The position numbers were made by a program, and so were the translations under genes. Below are positions 38,386 through 48,152 of a DNA stretch of 64,000 nucleotides, piece after piece; positions within the stretch are counted from its first letter, which is position 1, and the number at the start of each line of letters is the position of its first letter. Where the stretch lies: the NCBI GenBank assembly GCA_965233585.1, contig CBDDTI010000747.1, forward strand, positions 256,001 to 320,000, written 5' to 3'. The notes under the pieces are model-generated. The model saw only the letters and a list, made by a program, of their open reading frames with translations, did not search any database and was not told the DNA's origin. This DNA is from a bacterium (GTDB lineage: Bacteria; SAR324; NAC60-12).

Positions 38386-39270
38386 TTACCAATTTTTTTC
38401 AGGGGGGGCTTGGTTGCCTAATTGTTGTTGTAACATTCTACGGACAAATCCTTTGCGGTTTTCTTGCACAGCATTCAAGGCTTGCTCTACTTGAAGTTTT
38501 GACAAAGAAAAAGGCGTTTGTTCATCGTCAGAGGTCTCTTGGGATAACCCTGATTCTTGCAAGCTATCAGATTCAGAATCTTGAGAGTCTTCTTGCTGGT
38601 CTTGCTTGGAATCTTGTTGCTGATTTGAATTTTGTGCTTGATTTTGCTGTTGCTGGTCTTGATTGTCTGAGTTTTGTGAGTCTTGTTGATTGTTCTGATT
38701 GTCTTGATTTTGTTGTTGCTGGTTGTCTGAGTTTTGTGAGTCTTCTTGCTGGTCTTGTTTAGAATCTTGTTGTTGATTTTGATTGTCTTGATTTTGTTGA
38801 TTATTCTGATTTTGTTGCTGGTCTTGCTTTTTCATAAAGTGGGCTAAAGCAAGATTATACTTGGTGTCAAAATCATCAGGATTTTGTTTGAGTGCATTGC
38901 GATAACTGGCGATGGCTTCATCAAGATTTTGATTGCATACATTTAAATTCCCCACATTGTAAAGCACTTTTGAGTTGAATTGAGAATCATCAGACCACGC
39001 CAACGCCTGATAAAATGATTGTTTTGCTTGTTCTATCTGATTGAGTTGTTGATAAACAAGCCCCATTTCATAATGAATTTGTGGAGAACGTGGCAAACTT
39101 TGCAGCTGTTTTTGGAGTTGTAACAATTCGTTTTGAACCGCCTCTTGTTCGCCGGGGTCATTCTGGCAAATTGCAAGAACTTCTTGGGCTTGATTCTGAG
39201 CAAAAAGTTTGAAAGGGATTAAGAACCAAACAACAATGACGCTTCTCAAAAAACGACTGATTTCTATCAT
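38386..39270 (-). CDS. BatC-like TPR protein with a Q/N/D/S-rich linker
   Basis: 'YNVGN', 'ALKQNPDDFDTKYNL', low-complexity repeats (QQQDSKQDQQEDSQ twice) and a C-terminal 'EKNW'. Confidence 0.8.
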   Translation of the reverse strand: MIEISRFLRSVIVVWFLIPFKLFAQNQAQEVLAICQNDPGEQEAVQNELLQLQKQLQSLPRSPQIHYEMGLVYQQLNQIEQAKQSFYQALAWSDDSQFNSKVLYNVGNLNVCNQNLDEAIASYRNALKQNPDDFDTKYNLALAHFMKKQDQQQNQNNQQNQDNQNQQQDSKQDQQEDSQNSDNQQQQNQDNQNNQQDSQNSDNQDQQQQNQAQNSNQQQDSKQDQQEDSQDSESDSLQESGLSQETSDDEQTPFSLSKLQVEQALNAVQENRKGFVRRMLQQQLGNQAPPEKNW

Positions 39271-39293
39271 TTTACAAACTGGTTTTTGTCATT

Positions 39294-40196
39294 TTACAAA
39301 TTGACAGCATGTTGCCTGATTTTTTTAGCAATATAAAATTCTGCCGCACGGTAAGAGCTACGAACAAGAGGACCTGATGCCACGTAGCCAAATCCTAGAT
39401 TCTCTCCAATCTTTTGTAACTCTTGAAATTCTTCAGGTGTGACGTAACGAAAGACTTCAAGCCTAGAATTACTGGGACGCAAATATTGTCCAAGTGTTAA
39501 AAAATCCACACGTGCTTGACGCAAATCCTTCATGGCTTGGATCACTTCTGCTCTCGTCTCCCCAAGTCCAAGCATCAAAGAAGACTTAGTGTAAGTTTGA
39601 GAATTTTTTCTTTTGACGTATGCCAGCACGTCAAGAGATTGTTGATAGGTAGCACGTGGATCTCGGACTGTTGGCGTGAGGCGTTCCACTGTCTCTAAAT
39701 TATGAGCCAACACATGGGGCTTGGAGTCCACCACTCTATCCAAACATGACTCTTGACCTTGAAAATCTGGGATTAACATTTCTACCAACAGTTGCGGATT
39801 TTTAAGACGCACGGCACGGATTGAGGCAAAAATATGCCCCGCACCTTGGTCAGCTAGCTCATCACGATTGACACTTGTCAAGACAACATAATCTAATTTC
39901 ATGTGTGCAATGGTTTCTGCCAGTTTACGTGGCTCTTCCAAATCAAGAGCTTCAGGTCGTTTGGACGTCTTGACTGCACAAAAACGGCAACCTCGTGTGC
40001 AAGTGTCTCCCATCATCATAAAAGTCGCAGTGCCTCCATTCCAACATTCACCAATATTGGGGCATTGTGCTTCTTGACAAACAGTACTTAACTGCAGTTT
40101 TTTGGATTGTTCACTAATCCAGTGGTATCTTTCTCCACCGGGAAACGGGACTTTCAGCCAAGAAGGCTTACGTTCTTTTTGGATTTTATTCATCAT
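39294..40196 (-). CDS. lipA: Lipoyl synthase
   Basis: 'TVCQEAQCPNIGECW', 'CTRGCRFC', 'GQYLRP', 'VRSSYRA'. Confidence 0.97.
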   Translation of the reverse strand: MMNKIQKERKPSWLKVPFPGGERYHWISEQSKKLQLSTVCQEAQCPNIGECWNGGTATFMMMGDTCTRGCRFCAVKTSKRPEALDLEEPRKLAETIAHMKLDYVVLTSVNRDELADQGAGHIFASIRAVRLKNPQLLVEMLIPDFQGQESCLDRVVDSKPHVLAHNLETVERLTPTVRDPRATYQQSLDVLAYVKRKNSQTYTKSSLMLGLGETRAEVIQAMKDLRQARVDFLTLGQYLRPSNSRLEVFRYVTPEEFQELQKIGENLGFGYVASGPLVRSSYRAAEFYIAKKIRQHAVNL

Positions 40197-40318
40197 TTAG
40201 CTTAAAACGTCTAAAACAGGGAATGATTTTGGGCGTCGTTTTCTTGTTAACTATTTAATACATTCAAAGGGAAAACTGTCACGCTTTGAAGGTTTTGATT
40301 ATAATTCTGCTTCAAATG

Positions 40319-41464
40319 TTATTCAAGTGTTGCCAGTAAACGCATGAACAAAAGGCATCGTTCTTTGAGGTTGTGTAGGTGTGCATATTCATTGAGTGTG
40401 TGCATGCCTCCACCATCAATGCCCAGTCCATCAAGGGTTGGACAACCTGCATTCATAGTAAAGTTTGCATCAGAACCTCCTCCTGTATGGATTCCTACTA
40501 AATCAATTCCTTGTTGTGATGCTAGTTGTTTGGCAGTTTGGAAAAGCTGTTTGGATTCTTCTGTTTCACTCATAGCAGGGCGATTCATGCCTCCTTCCAC
40601 TTGCCACTTGACAGAAGAATCCCGTGCAATGAGTTCGTGAACAGCATCAACAACCTTTTGCCCATCTTGATCTTGTTCAAATCGCAAATCAAGCCATGCT
40701 TCACAATGTTCAGGCACAACATTAGTGGCAGTTCCTCCATGAAACAATCCCATGTTGACAGTCAGCCCTTTTGAGTGGTCTGTTAATTTTTCAGCATCAA
40801 GCGTCAAACGAGCCATGGCACTAATTGCACTTCTTCCATCTTTTGGATTGATGCCTGCATGTGCCGCAACACCATGTGCTTTGATTTGAAAATGACCTGT
40901 GCCTTTGCGAGCTACGACAATTTGACCATCGTTGCGAGCTGCTTCTGTTACAAGACAATAAGCATGGTCTTTTGCCAGTTGGTGCAACAAGTCTTGTGTA
41001 GAATGAGAGCCAATTTCTTCATCAGGAGACGAAAAAAAAGTGATAGGCAGGTGTTGGATTCCAAGTTTTTTAAGTTGTTTACATGCGTAAAGTGCCATAT
41101 ATGCACCGCCTTTCATATCTGCAACGCCGGGTCCGTAAATTTTTTGATTTGCCACACGAAAAGGTATTTTTGCCAGTGTGCCAATAGGGTGAACAGTGTC
41201 CACATGGCAAGCAATCAAAATGCCTTTTTGAGACTTGACGTCGCCAAGAGTCCCAATGACTGTGTCAGCAGTGTCTTGAAAGTCTGGGTTAGAGATGCGT
41301 TGCACGTCAAGCCCTGCCTCTTTTGCATCTTGCACCACCTGATCTTGCATTAAGTTCACAGCTTGCTTGTCAGACGATGGCGATTCAATTTCAACCCACT
41401 TTTGGATTCCTGCTAGTAATTCATGTTCATCAAAAGATTGTCTCAATGTTTCAAGTGTATCCAT
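40319..41464 (-). CDS. M20-family metallopeptidase (carboxypeptidase G2-like)
   Basis: 'HVDTV', 'GPGVADMKGG', 'DEEIGS', 'HAG', 'GGGSDAN'. Confidence 0.9.
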   Translation of the reverse strand: MDTLETLRQSFDEHELLAGIQKWVEIESPSSDKQAVNLMQDQVVQDAKEAGLDVQRISNPDFQDTADTVIGTLGDVKSQKGILIACHVDTVHPIGTLAKIPFRVANQKIYGPGVADMKGGAYMALYACKQLKKLGIQHLPITFFSSPDEEIGSHSTQDLLHQLAKDHAYCLVTEAARNDGQIVVARKGTGHFQIKAHGVAAHAGINPKDGRSAISAMARLTLDAEKLTDHSKGLTVNMGLFHGGTATNVVPEHCEAWLDLRFEQDQDGQKVVDAVHELIARDSSVKWQVEGGMNRPAMSETEESKQLFQTAKQLASQQGIDLVGIHTGGGSDANFTMNAGCPTLDGLGIDGGGMHTLNEYAHLHNLKERCLLFMRLLATLE

Positions 41465-41469
41465 ATTTT

Positions 41470-42804
41470 TTAGAGTCTTTGAAAGTTGTAAATTGGTCCT
41501 AGTTTGAGGATTTGAGTGAGTTCATCAAGTGCGGTCTGTGATTCTTGCATGAGCTTTGGGTCTTTCAAGTCATCTGCTGAAAGTCTATCTCGGTAGTGAT
41601 GATCTACCCATTGATTGAGTCGCGCAAAAGAAGTCTCGTTGAGCCAAACATGAGGATTGACAGCTTTTTCCTCTTTTTGATTCAACACAACCCGCAACCT
41701 CAAACAGGCAGGACCTCCCCCATTTTTCATGCTTTCTCTCAAGTTAAAAGTTTTTACACAAGAAATCGGGTTGTCATCTTCAACCAACTCAACCAAATAA
41801 TCTTTGACAGATTCTACTTCATGGCATTCACTAGGTGCGACAAAAACCATCTTGCCATCTGGCAAGGTTACAATTTGACTGTTGAACAGATAGGAATTGA
41901 CAGCATCGCCAAGTGAGACCTGTTTTTCAGACACAGAAATCACATAAAAATCACCTTCTAACTTCGTTTTTAGTCTTTCTTGCACTTCATGGAAGTTGAG
42001 AAATGCAGTTTCATGGCAAAGATGGACATTCTGATTGCCAACAGCAATGACATCATTATGAAAGACACCAGAATCAATGACGTTTGGGTGATGCTGTGCA
42101 AAGACCACTTGTTGGGGATCTAGTCCATGTTGTCTGACAATAGCTTGAGAGGCTTCATAAGTTTGCCTTGCAGGAAAGCGAGAAGGAGTAATGCCATTTT
42201 GCAGGGAATAGCAACCAAAGGTCAAAAAATGCACCCCTTTTTGACTGTGGTCTTGACAAAAACGGGTATGATTTGCCGCACCTTCGTCCCCAAATTGTGC
42301 ATGTTCAGGCAAGGCATCGTGAATCACAAAGTGCTGGTCATTTTGGAAAATAGATTGAAACACCTTTTGGGTCGTTCTCCATTCCAAAGAACGATGAAAC
42401 TGATTCACCAGATTAGCAGGCGTGAAATGGACTTTGCCATCAGCAGTGTCTGTTGAAGGGGACACAGTGGCGGTATTAGCAACCCACATAGACGAGGCAC
42501 TATAAACAGCATTCAGCACTTCAGGGGCTTCTTTGCCTGCCTTTTCTAGCATTTGCGAGGCATTTCCTGTGAATCCAAGACGTTGTAAAACGTCAAGTCG
42601 GGGTCTTTCATGTGGAGGCAAAACTCCTTGCAACAAGCCCATGTCTGCTAATGCTTTCATCTTCAGCAAACCTTGTTTTGCTGCTTGTTTAGGATTGGAA
42701 ATTTGAGCCTTGTTCTTCAATGATGCAATGTTGCCTTTTGAAAGTCCTGCGTAGTTATGCGTCATGCCAACCAGTCCGTCAAAATTCGCTTCACTTGTTT
42801 TCAT
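41470..42804 (-). CDS. astB: N-succinylarginine dihydrolase
   Basis: 'EANFDGLVG.THNYAGLS.GN', 'GDEGAANH', 'GVFHNDVIAV', 'SMKNGGGPACLRLRV'. Confidence 0.97.
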   Translation of the reverse strand: MKTSEANFDGLVGMTHNYAGLSKGNIASLKNKAQISNPKQAAKQGLLKMKALADMGLLQGVLPPHERPRLDVLQRLGFTGNASQMLEKAGKEAPEVLNAVYSASSMWVANTATVSPSTDTADGKVHFTPANLVNQFHRSLEWRTTQKVFQSIFQNDQHFVIHDALPEHAQFGDEGAANHTRFCQDHSQKGVHFLTFGCYSLQNGITPSRFPARQTYEASQAIVRQHGLDPQQVVFAQHHPNVIDSGVFHNDVIAVGNQNVHLCHETAFLNFHEVQERLKTKLEGDFYVISVSEKQVSLGDAVNSYLFNSQIVTLPDGKMVFVAPSECHEVESVKDYLVELVEDDNPISCVKTFNLRESMKNGGGPACLRLRVVLNQKEEKAVNPHVWLNETSFARLNQWVDHHYRDRLSADDLKDPKLMQESQTALDELTQILKLGPIYNFQRL

Positions 42805-43086
42805 AGGTCAAAGTTTGAGTTTTTCAATGGAAATGAAGGTTTTGGATCTAGGAACTCAATAACAGACCTAGAAAAAGATTTGGATTCCTAACCCCGAATC
42901 AAGTCTATTTGGAAAAAATGAAAAGCGAGAAGAAAATTGCATTTATTACTTGAATCTTGCCTGTTTACTGACCTAGGGACAAAGAAAGTTTTGGTTTTGT
43001 TCTTTTTCTGGCAGTCACTGAACGAAGTTGAGGTACAAGGGGAAAAAATGAACGAGGAAAATTTATTTGAAGAATTTACCAAGATG

Positions 43087-43314
43087 CTAGAACTGTTTTG
43101 TTTTTTTAAAATTAAAAAAGCCCTCAAAGCTCAAATCTTCATCTATACTAGACCAGTGTATTCCAAATGGTGAAACTTCAAAACTTTCTCGTTGTTTTGT
43201 TGTCGCATTTTGGAGTTTAGGAAACCATTTTAAAGGTATTGATTTTTGGATACCTTTGTCTGTTTTTATAAAAATACTATTGTTGTCAAACCAGATATTA
43301 GATACATTCATCAT
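43087..43314 (-). CDS. DUF2442-family putative antitoxin
   Basis: 'IPLKWFPKLQNAT..QRE...GIHW..IDEDLSFEG'. Confidence 0.85.
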   Translation of the reverse strand: MMNVSNIWFDNNSIFIKTDKGIQKSIPLKWFPKLQNATTKQRESFEVSPFGIHWSSIDEDLSFEGFFNFKKTKQF

Positions 43315-43315
43315 T

Positions 43316-43549
43316 TTATTGTTTGAAATAATTATACCAAGCATTAATAATCAAATCTTTATTTTATTCTATTAAAGATTCAGAAAGCTTTAAATCTTTG
43401 TTTTTTAACCCTTTATTGTCAACCCAAGTCATACTTTCTATATCAAACCTAGCCTCTCCATCTGCATTTTTTACGTGGATATGAATTGGGAGGTGTTCGT
43501 TGGAATAAAAGAAAAACCTTAACCCAAAAGCTCTGAATAACGTTGGCAT
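43316..43549 (-). pseudogene. DUF4160-family putative toxin with a premature stop
   Basis: 'MPT...GLRFFFYSNEHLPIHIHV'. In-frame TAA at 43364-43366, then NKDLIINAWYNYFKQ* continues to 43316. Confidence 0.8.
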
Positions 43550-43582
43550 AAATGACTACTTTGACTTAGGCATTTTTAAAAT

Positions 43583-43772
43583 TTATAAATCCTTTACAAA
43601 TTCAATAATCTTCTCTTTTCGTTTTTGAATTAAATCACGTGTCCAAGTCTCTCCTTCAGTTATCATGCTCTGAATTTCTCTTTGCTGTGCTAAATATGTG
43701 TAATCATCACGCTTGACTTTAAATGGCTTATTACCAATGGAGCAATTATGTGATTTTGATAGCAATAATCTA
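43583..43772 (-). pseudogene. C-terminal remnant of a DUF1524/HNH (GmrSD-like) gene
   Basis: 'LLLSKSHNCSIGNKPFKVKR..Y...WTRDLIQKRKEKII' matches the DUF1524 tail; the upstream part of the called ORF is an alternative frame over astD and the intergenic DNA. Confidence 0.65.
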
Positions 43773-43913
43773 AAAACACGTGGATTTTGCGACAAACGGC
43801 AACTGATTTGCCAGAAAATAAATTTTTGAACAGACGCCATTTTTCTCTGATAAGTCAGTGGGTGAGAGATGATAAATTGGATAATTTTGAAGAGTTGAAT
43901 GATTTGACGCATT

Positions 43914-45356
43914 TTAAAAAGAAAGACCGGGTGAAAGGGTCTTGGGCATTTGAAGTGCTTGACATTCAATGCTTGCCACAGGGAATGAGCAATAATCTGC
44001 CGCATAATAAGCACTGGGACGAAAATTGCCTGATGCCCCAATTCCTCCAAATGGAGCCGCAGAACTTGCCCCCGTGATTTGACGATTCCAGTTGACAATT
44101 CCTGCACGAATCCTTGGCAAAAAATAGTCAAACGCCACCTGAGAGTCAGACAACAATCCTGCTGAAAGTCCATATTGAGTGGCATTGGCTTGTTCTATCG
44201 CCTCATCAAAATCTTGGTAGCGAATCACTTGCAGTAAAGGACCAAAATGCTCATCATCAGTTGGCTGCAAAACTTGGCTGACATCTAAAATGGCAGGAGA
44301 GACAAAAGCATGTTCTATGTGTTTCATTTGCAACAATGGTTCTGCTCCTTGTGCAAGGAAATTCTGTTGTGCATGGACTAAAAGCTGTGCGGCATCTTCA
44401 GAAATGACAGGACCCATGAAAGGTTCAGGCTGCTGTGCGTAATGTCCTATCTGTAACGAAGAAGAGACTTTGATAAGTTTTTGAAGAATGGCATCACCTG
44501 TTGAACCTTGTTGAAGAAACAATCGTCTGGCACAAACGCAACGTTGCCCTGATGTGATGAATGCCGATTGAATGACTTCATAAACAACTGCATCAATGTT
44601 TTGTGCTTCATAGACCACAAGCGGATTGTTTCCCCCCATTTCAAGTGCCAACATTTTTTCAGGACGCACAGACTGCATCAATGCCAGACCTGTTTGATGA
44701 GACCCTGTAAAAAGCACCCCGTCAATGTCAGGGTTGGTTGCCAGTGCCACTCCGACTTCCTTTGCCCCTTGAACAAGATTGATGACTCCTTGGGGAATGC
44801 CTGATTTTTCCCATGCTTGCGTCATCGCTTGTGCTACTTGGGGCGTCAGCTCACTTGGCTTAAAAACAACAGTGTTGCCCGCAATTAAAGCAGGCATGAT
44901 GTGTCCATTCGGAAGGTGAGCAGGGAAGTTATAAGGTCCAAAGACTGCCAACACTCCATGAGGACGATGCCTTAAAACAGATTTTCCAACAGGCAATGAT
45001 GCTTCACGAGACCCTGTGCGTTCTTGATAGGCTTGGATTGAAATGTCAAGCTTTCCCAAAACAGCTGACACTTCTGTTTTGGACTCCCAAAGTGGTTTGC
45101 CTGTCTCCTGTGCGATGAGTGTGGCAAGGTCTTCATTTTTCAAGCATGCCACAAAATTTCTGCAGTATTCAATGCGTTGTGCTACATCAAGCAAAGACCA
45201 CTCAAGCCATGCTTCCTTTGCAGAATGGACTGCTTGTGCCACTTGTCTTTGACTGGCTTGGCAATGCCTCCATAACACCTGACTTGTTGCAGGGTTGATT
45301 GAGACCAGCTCTTGCCCCTCGCCTTCTATCCACTTGCCATTGATGAACAAACTCAT
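43914..45356 (-). CDS. astD: Succinylglutamate-semialdehyde dehydrogenase
   Basis: 'ETGKPLWE', 'FGPYNFPAHLPNGHI', 'LEMGGNNPL', 'TSGQRC', 'RPSAYYAADYC'. Confidence 0.95.
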   Translation of the reverse strand: MSLFINGKWIEGEGQELVSINPATSQVLWRHCQASQRQVAQAVHSAKEAWLEWSLLDVAQRIEYCRNFVACLKNEDLATLIAQETGKPLWESKTEVSAVLGKLDISIQAYQERTGSREASLPVGKSVLRHRPHGVLAVFGPYNFPAHLPNGHIMPALIAGNTVVFKPSELTPQVAQAMTQAWEKSGIPQGVINLVQGAKEVGVALATNPDIDGVLFTGSHQTGLALMQSVRPEKMLALEMGGNNPLVVYEAQNIDAVVYEVIQSAFITSGQRCVCARRLFLQQGSTGDAILQKLIKVSSSLQIGHYAQQPEPFMGPVISEDAAQLLVHAQQNFLAQGAEPLLQMKHIEHAFVSPAILDVSQVLQPTDDEHFGPLLQVIRYQDFDEAIEQANATQYGLSAGLLSDSQVAFDYFLPRIRAGIVNWNRQITGASSAAPFGGIGASGNFRPSAYYAADYCSFPVASIECQALQMPKTLSPGLSF

Positions 45357-45380
45357 AGACTCCGTTGATGAAAAATTTTT

Positions 45381-46140
45381 GGCATTGTTAAGTAATAAGT
45401 GATAGTTGATTATTCCGTTTTGCCATGAACAAAAGAACAGAATATTGTAATGCTTTAAGAGACTTGCTGTAACATTTGGTTTTCCTTCTCATTCTTGCCA
45501 AGAAATGTCTCAAGAGAGAATTATACCCTTCTATCGTGTATGTTTCTGCCTTGGAACATGTATGAATTTCTTTGGGAATGACTTGTTTGTAAGCCTTGCA
45601 GTGATCAGTCATCACCTGAAGAGGTTTTGTTTCCTTGACCTTGTCCCATAAATGCCTACAGGCTTTTGAGTCTCTGTTTCCAAGCACATAATTGATAAAT
45701 TGCTTCCCACGTCTATCAACAGCAATCCAGAGCCAGCAGTAGTTTTTTTTGACTGGATGTAGGTGTGCATTTCATCAATTTCCATAATTTCAATGTCTGT
45801 GTCCTTTCTTAATGCCTTGAGCTGTTCGCCAAAACTACAGACCCAATTATAAACTGAAACATGAGAACAATTCAGCAAACGACCGATTGACCTGAAACCA
45901 AGACCCTCCAAATACAACTCTAATGCTCTTCTTTTGATCTGTGGTGAGATTTGACCACGATAGGACTTGGTATATTGATAGTTGCAGGCATTGCAACGCC
46001 TCCTCGGTTTACCATATAAGAAACCATTCTTAACCGTCTTCTCACTTTCACATCTAGGACACGACTTCATTGCTACACCATGACTATCAATTCAATTAAA
46101 TGAACTTAATATCGCATATCACTTATAGTTTAACAATACC
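45381..46140 (-). mobile_element. IS1-family insertion sequence (760 bp), copy A1
   Basis: Terminal IRs GGTATTGTTAAACTATAAGTGATA / GGCATTGTTAAGTAATAAGTGATA; InsA-like Zn ribbon + HTH (45612-46070) and DDE part (45388-45687) joined by a -1 shift at A8C. Confidence 0.93.
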
Positions 46141-46287
46141 GAAAAAAAGAGAGAGATTGCGGAACAAGGTGAACAATGACCAAAAAAACAAGACTGCAAT
46201 AACGAAAAGGAAGGGAAAACAAAAACGTTTAAGTACGTTCTGAAATCTTTTCACCACTCTTTAAGTCAATACTCTCATAAAACCTTC

Positions 46288-47046
46288 CTACCCCAAACTT
46301 TGTTTCACAAGTGTAGATAACTCTGATGTTTGATGCTTGTTTAGCACAGAGTGGACTTGAAACCCCGTTCTGTCCAAGATTTGTTGGGCATCAACTTCCA
46401 AGGCAGTGACTACAAAAACAGGCATGACATATTGAGCTTGTTTGAGTTGAGACAATAGCATAAACCCTGAATGATAACGATTACATAAATCCAAGATTAA
46501 AAAGTCCACATGCCTTGCTTTAGGATTCATCAACTCATGTAATGCAATGTAACCATTACATGTAGAATACAAATGATAATTTTGCTTCATCAAAGGTTTT
46601 TCGCAAAGCATTTGGTCTTGATAGGAGTCATTCAAAATCAAGACATACCTCATTTTTCCCAAGACAGATTTCACGAGAGTGATGAGCATTTTGAGGTTTC
46701 CATTAAAAAACTCATCTGTATTCGTTGCCAATGGGTATGAATAGAACACTCCCCTTTGCACGGTCACAGGAGATGATTTTGAAGACGTGAGTGCAATAAT
46801 AGACAAAAATTCATCACTTTGGAGAGAATCTAATAACGTTTGCAGACCAGCTTGACCTTGACTGTGTTGTGTATCGTAAATGACCAGATCAATCGCAATG
46901 GTGTCAAGTATCTGCAAAGCCTCCTCAATGTTGGCAGTGCAGTACACCTCAAAACCCATAAACTCTAAATATTCATGGTAATACTGGCACATCTGAGACG
47001 GCAATTTGATGAGTAAAATACGTTCTTGATGCCGCAACGTGTTCAT
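46288..47046 (-). CDS. Tandem receiver-like (response regulator) domain protein
   Basis: Two REC-like units 'GFEVY..EEALQIL...IDLVIYD' and 'VDFLILDL..SGFMLL..MPVFVVTA'; no output domain; start uncertain (47046 or 47088). Confidence 0.65.
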   Translation of the reverse strand: MNTLRHQERILLIKLPSQMCQYYHEYLEFMGFEVYCTANIEEALQILDTIAIDLVIYDTQHSQGQAGLQTLLDSLQSDEFLSIIALTSSKSSPVTVQRGVFYSYPLATNTDEFFNGNLKMLITLVKSVLGKMRYVLILNDSYQDQMLCEKPLMKQNYHLYSTCNGYIALHELMNPKARHVDFLILDLCNRYHSGFMLLSQLKQAQYVMPVFVVTALEVDAQQILDRTGFQVHSVLNKHQTSELSTLVKQSLG

Positions 47047-47150
47047 GTTGGCAGACCTAGCAACTTGAGAAAAAGCAGATTCTTTCATGCAATGAACGAA
47101 ACTTTGAAGATTTGAAGAACAGAATTTTGGTTGTGAAGCTAACGAAGCGG

Positions 47151-48140
47151 CTAGGCAATCCCCAAGAACACAGCAACAACTGCCATGACCAGTAAAAATA
47201 AAGTCTCCCAAAGCACTAGAAAAAGATGCCGTTTGCTTAATCCTGCAAAAACTGTCAGGGAAGTTTTCACCCCCAGGGCAGAAATAGCAATGACGAGAAA
47301 AACACGGGAAGCCGTTTTTAAAAATTCTAAAAGAGGCAAGGGAATCAGCTGAAGACTAGACAACACCATCAGTATTATAAAACCGAGCAAGAAGGTTGGT
47401 ATTTGAATCCTAGATTTGCCAGATTTTTGACTTTGGGAAGCAATGGTCAATAGAGTTAGCAAGACGAGAGGCAAAGCACTGACTCTTAATAATTTGACCA
47501 AAGTGGCAGTGTCTCCAGATTCTACTGAAATAGAATACCCTGCACCAATGACTTGAGCGACATCATGGATTGTTGCACCAATCAAGAAACCCTTTTGTTG
47601 GTCATTTAAACCAAACCATGCAAACAAAATCGGATACGCTACCATTGCCACAGTAGAAAGCATTGTCACAGATGCCACAGTGAACAGAGTATCTCGTTCA
47701 TCGTTTTGACCCTTTGGTAAAATAGAAGTCAATGCCAGTGCAGCAGATGCTCCACAGATGGCAACTGACCCACCTGTTAACACTCCAAAACGCCAGTCTT
47801 TCATCAAATACTTCCCTACTAAAAAACCTATCAAAATGGTGCAGACCAAAAAAACGAAGATTGCTAAAATGGCAGGCATTCCTAATGCAAGAATGCTGTC
47901 AAAAGTAATTCTTGCCCCCAACAATGCCACCCCTATTCTCAACAAACCTTTGGAAGCAAAAGTAATTCCTTGCTCAAAACGTTCATCTTTTGCCAGAGAA
48001 TGAAAAACCATTCCCAGCAAGAGGGCAAAAAGCATCATCGGTGCGGCATAATGTTCACTTAAAAATGCAGCAGCCGCCCCAATTAATGCAGCCAAGAAAA
48101 TCCCACGTCCGTAAGTCTGGTAAAGATTTTTAACTCTCAT
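47151..48140 (-). CDS. YeiH/UPF0324 putative sulfate-exporter-family membrane protein
   Basis: 'LLRIGVALLG', 'AICGASAA', 'GATIHDVAQV', 'VKLLRV'. Confidence 0.9.
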   Translation of the reverse strand: MRVKNLYQTYGRGIFLAALIGAAAAFLSEHYAAPMMLFALLLGMVFHSLAKDERFEQGITFASKGLLRIGVALLGARITFDSILALGMPAILAIFVFLVCTILIGFLVGKYLMKDWRFGVLTGGSVAICGASAALALTSILPKGQNDERDTLFTVASVTMLSTVAMVAYPILFAWFGLNDQQKGFLIGATIHDVAQVIGAGYSISVESGDTATLVKLLRVSALPLVLLTLLTIASQSQKSGKSRIQIPTFLLGFIILMVLSSLQLIPLPLLEFLKTASRVFLVIAISALGVKTSLTVFAGLSKRHLFLVLWETLFLLVMAVVAVFLGIA

Positions 48141-48152
48141 GCTTTCAGCACA

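Noticed and set aside
43364..43366. Stop-codon recoding or alternative genetic code
   Set aside because: TAA, TAG and TGA all terminate conserved genes normally in this window; this is an isolated nonsense change.
43583..44185. 200-aa CDS as called in the ORF track
   Set aside because: The 5' part overlaps astD in another frame; only the last ~60 codons resemble a real (DUF1524) domain.
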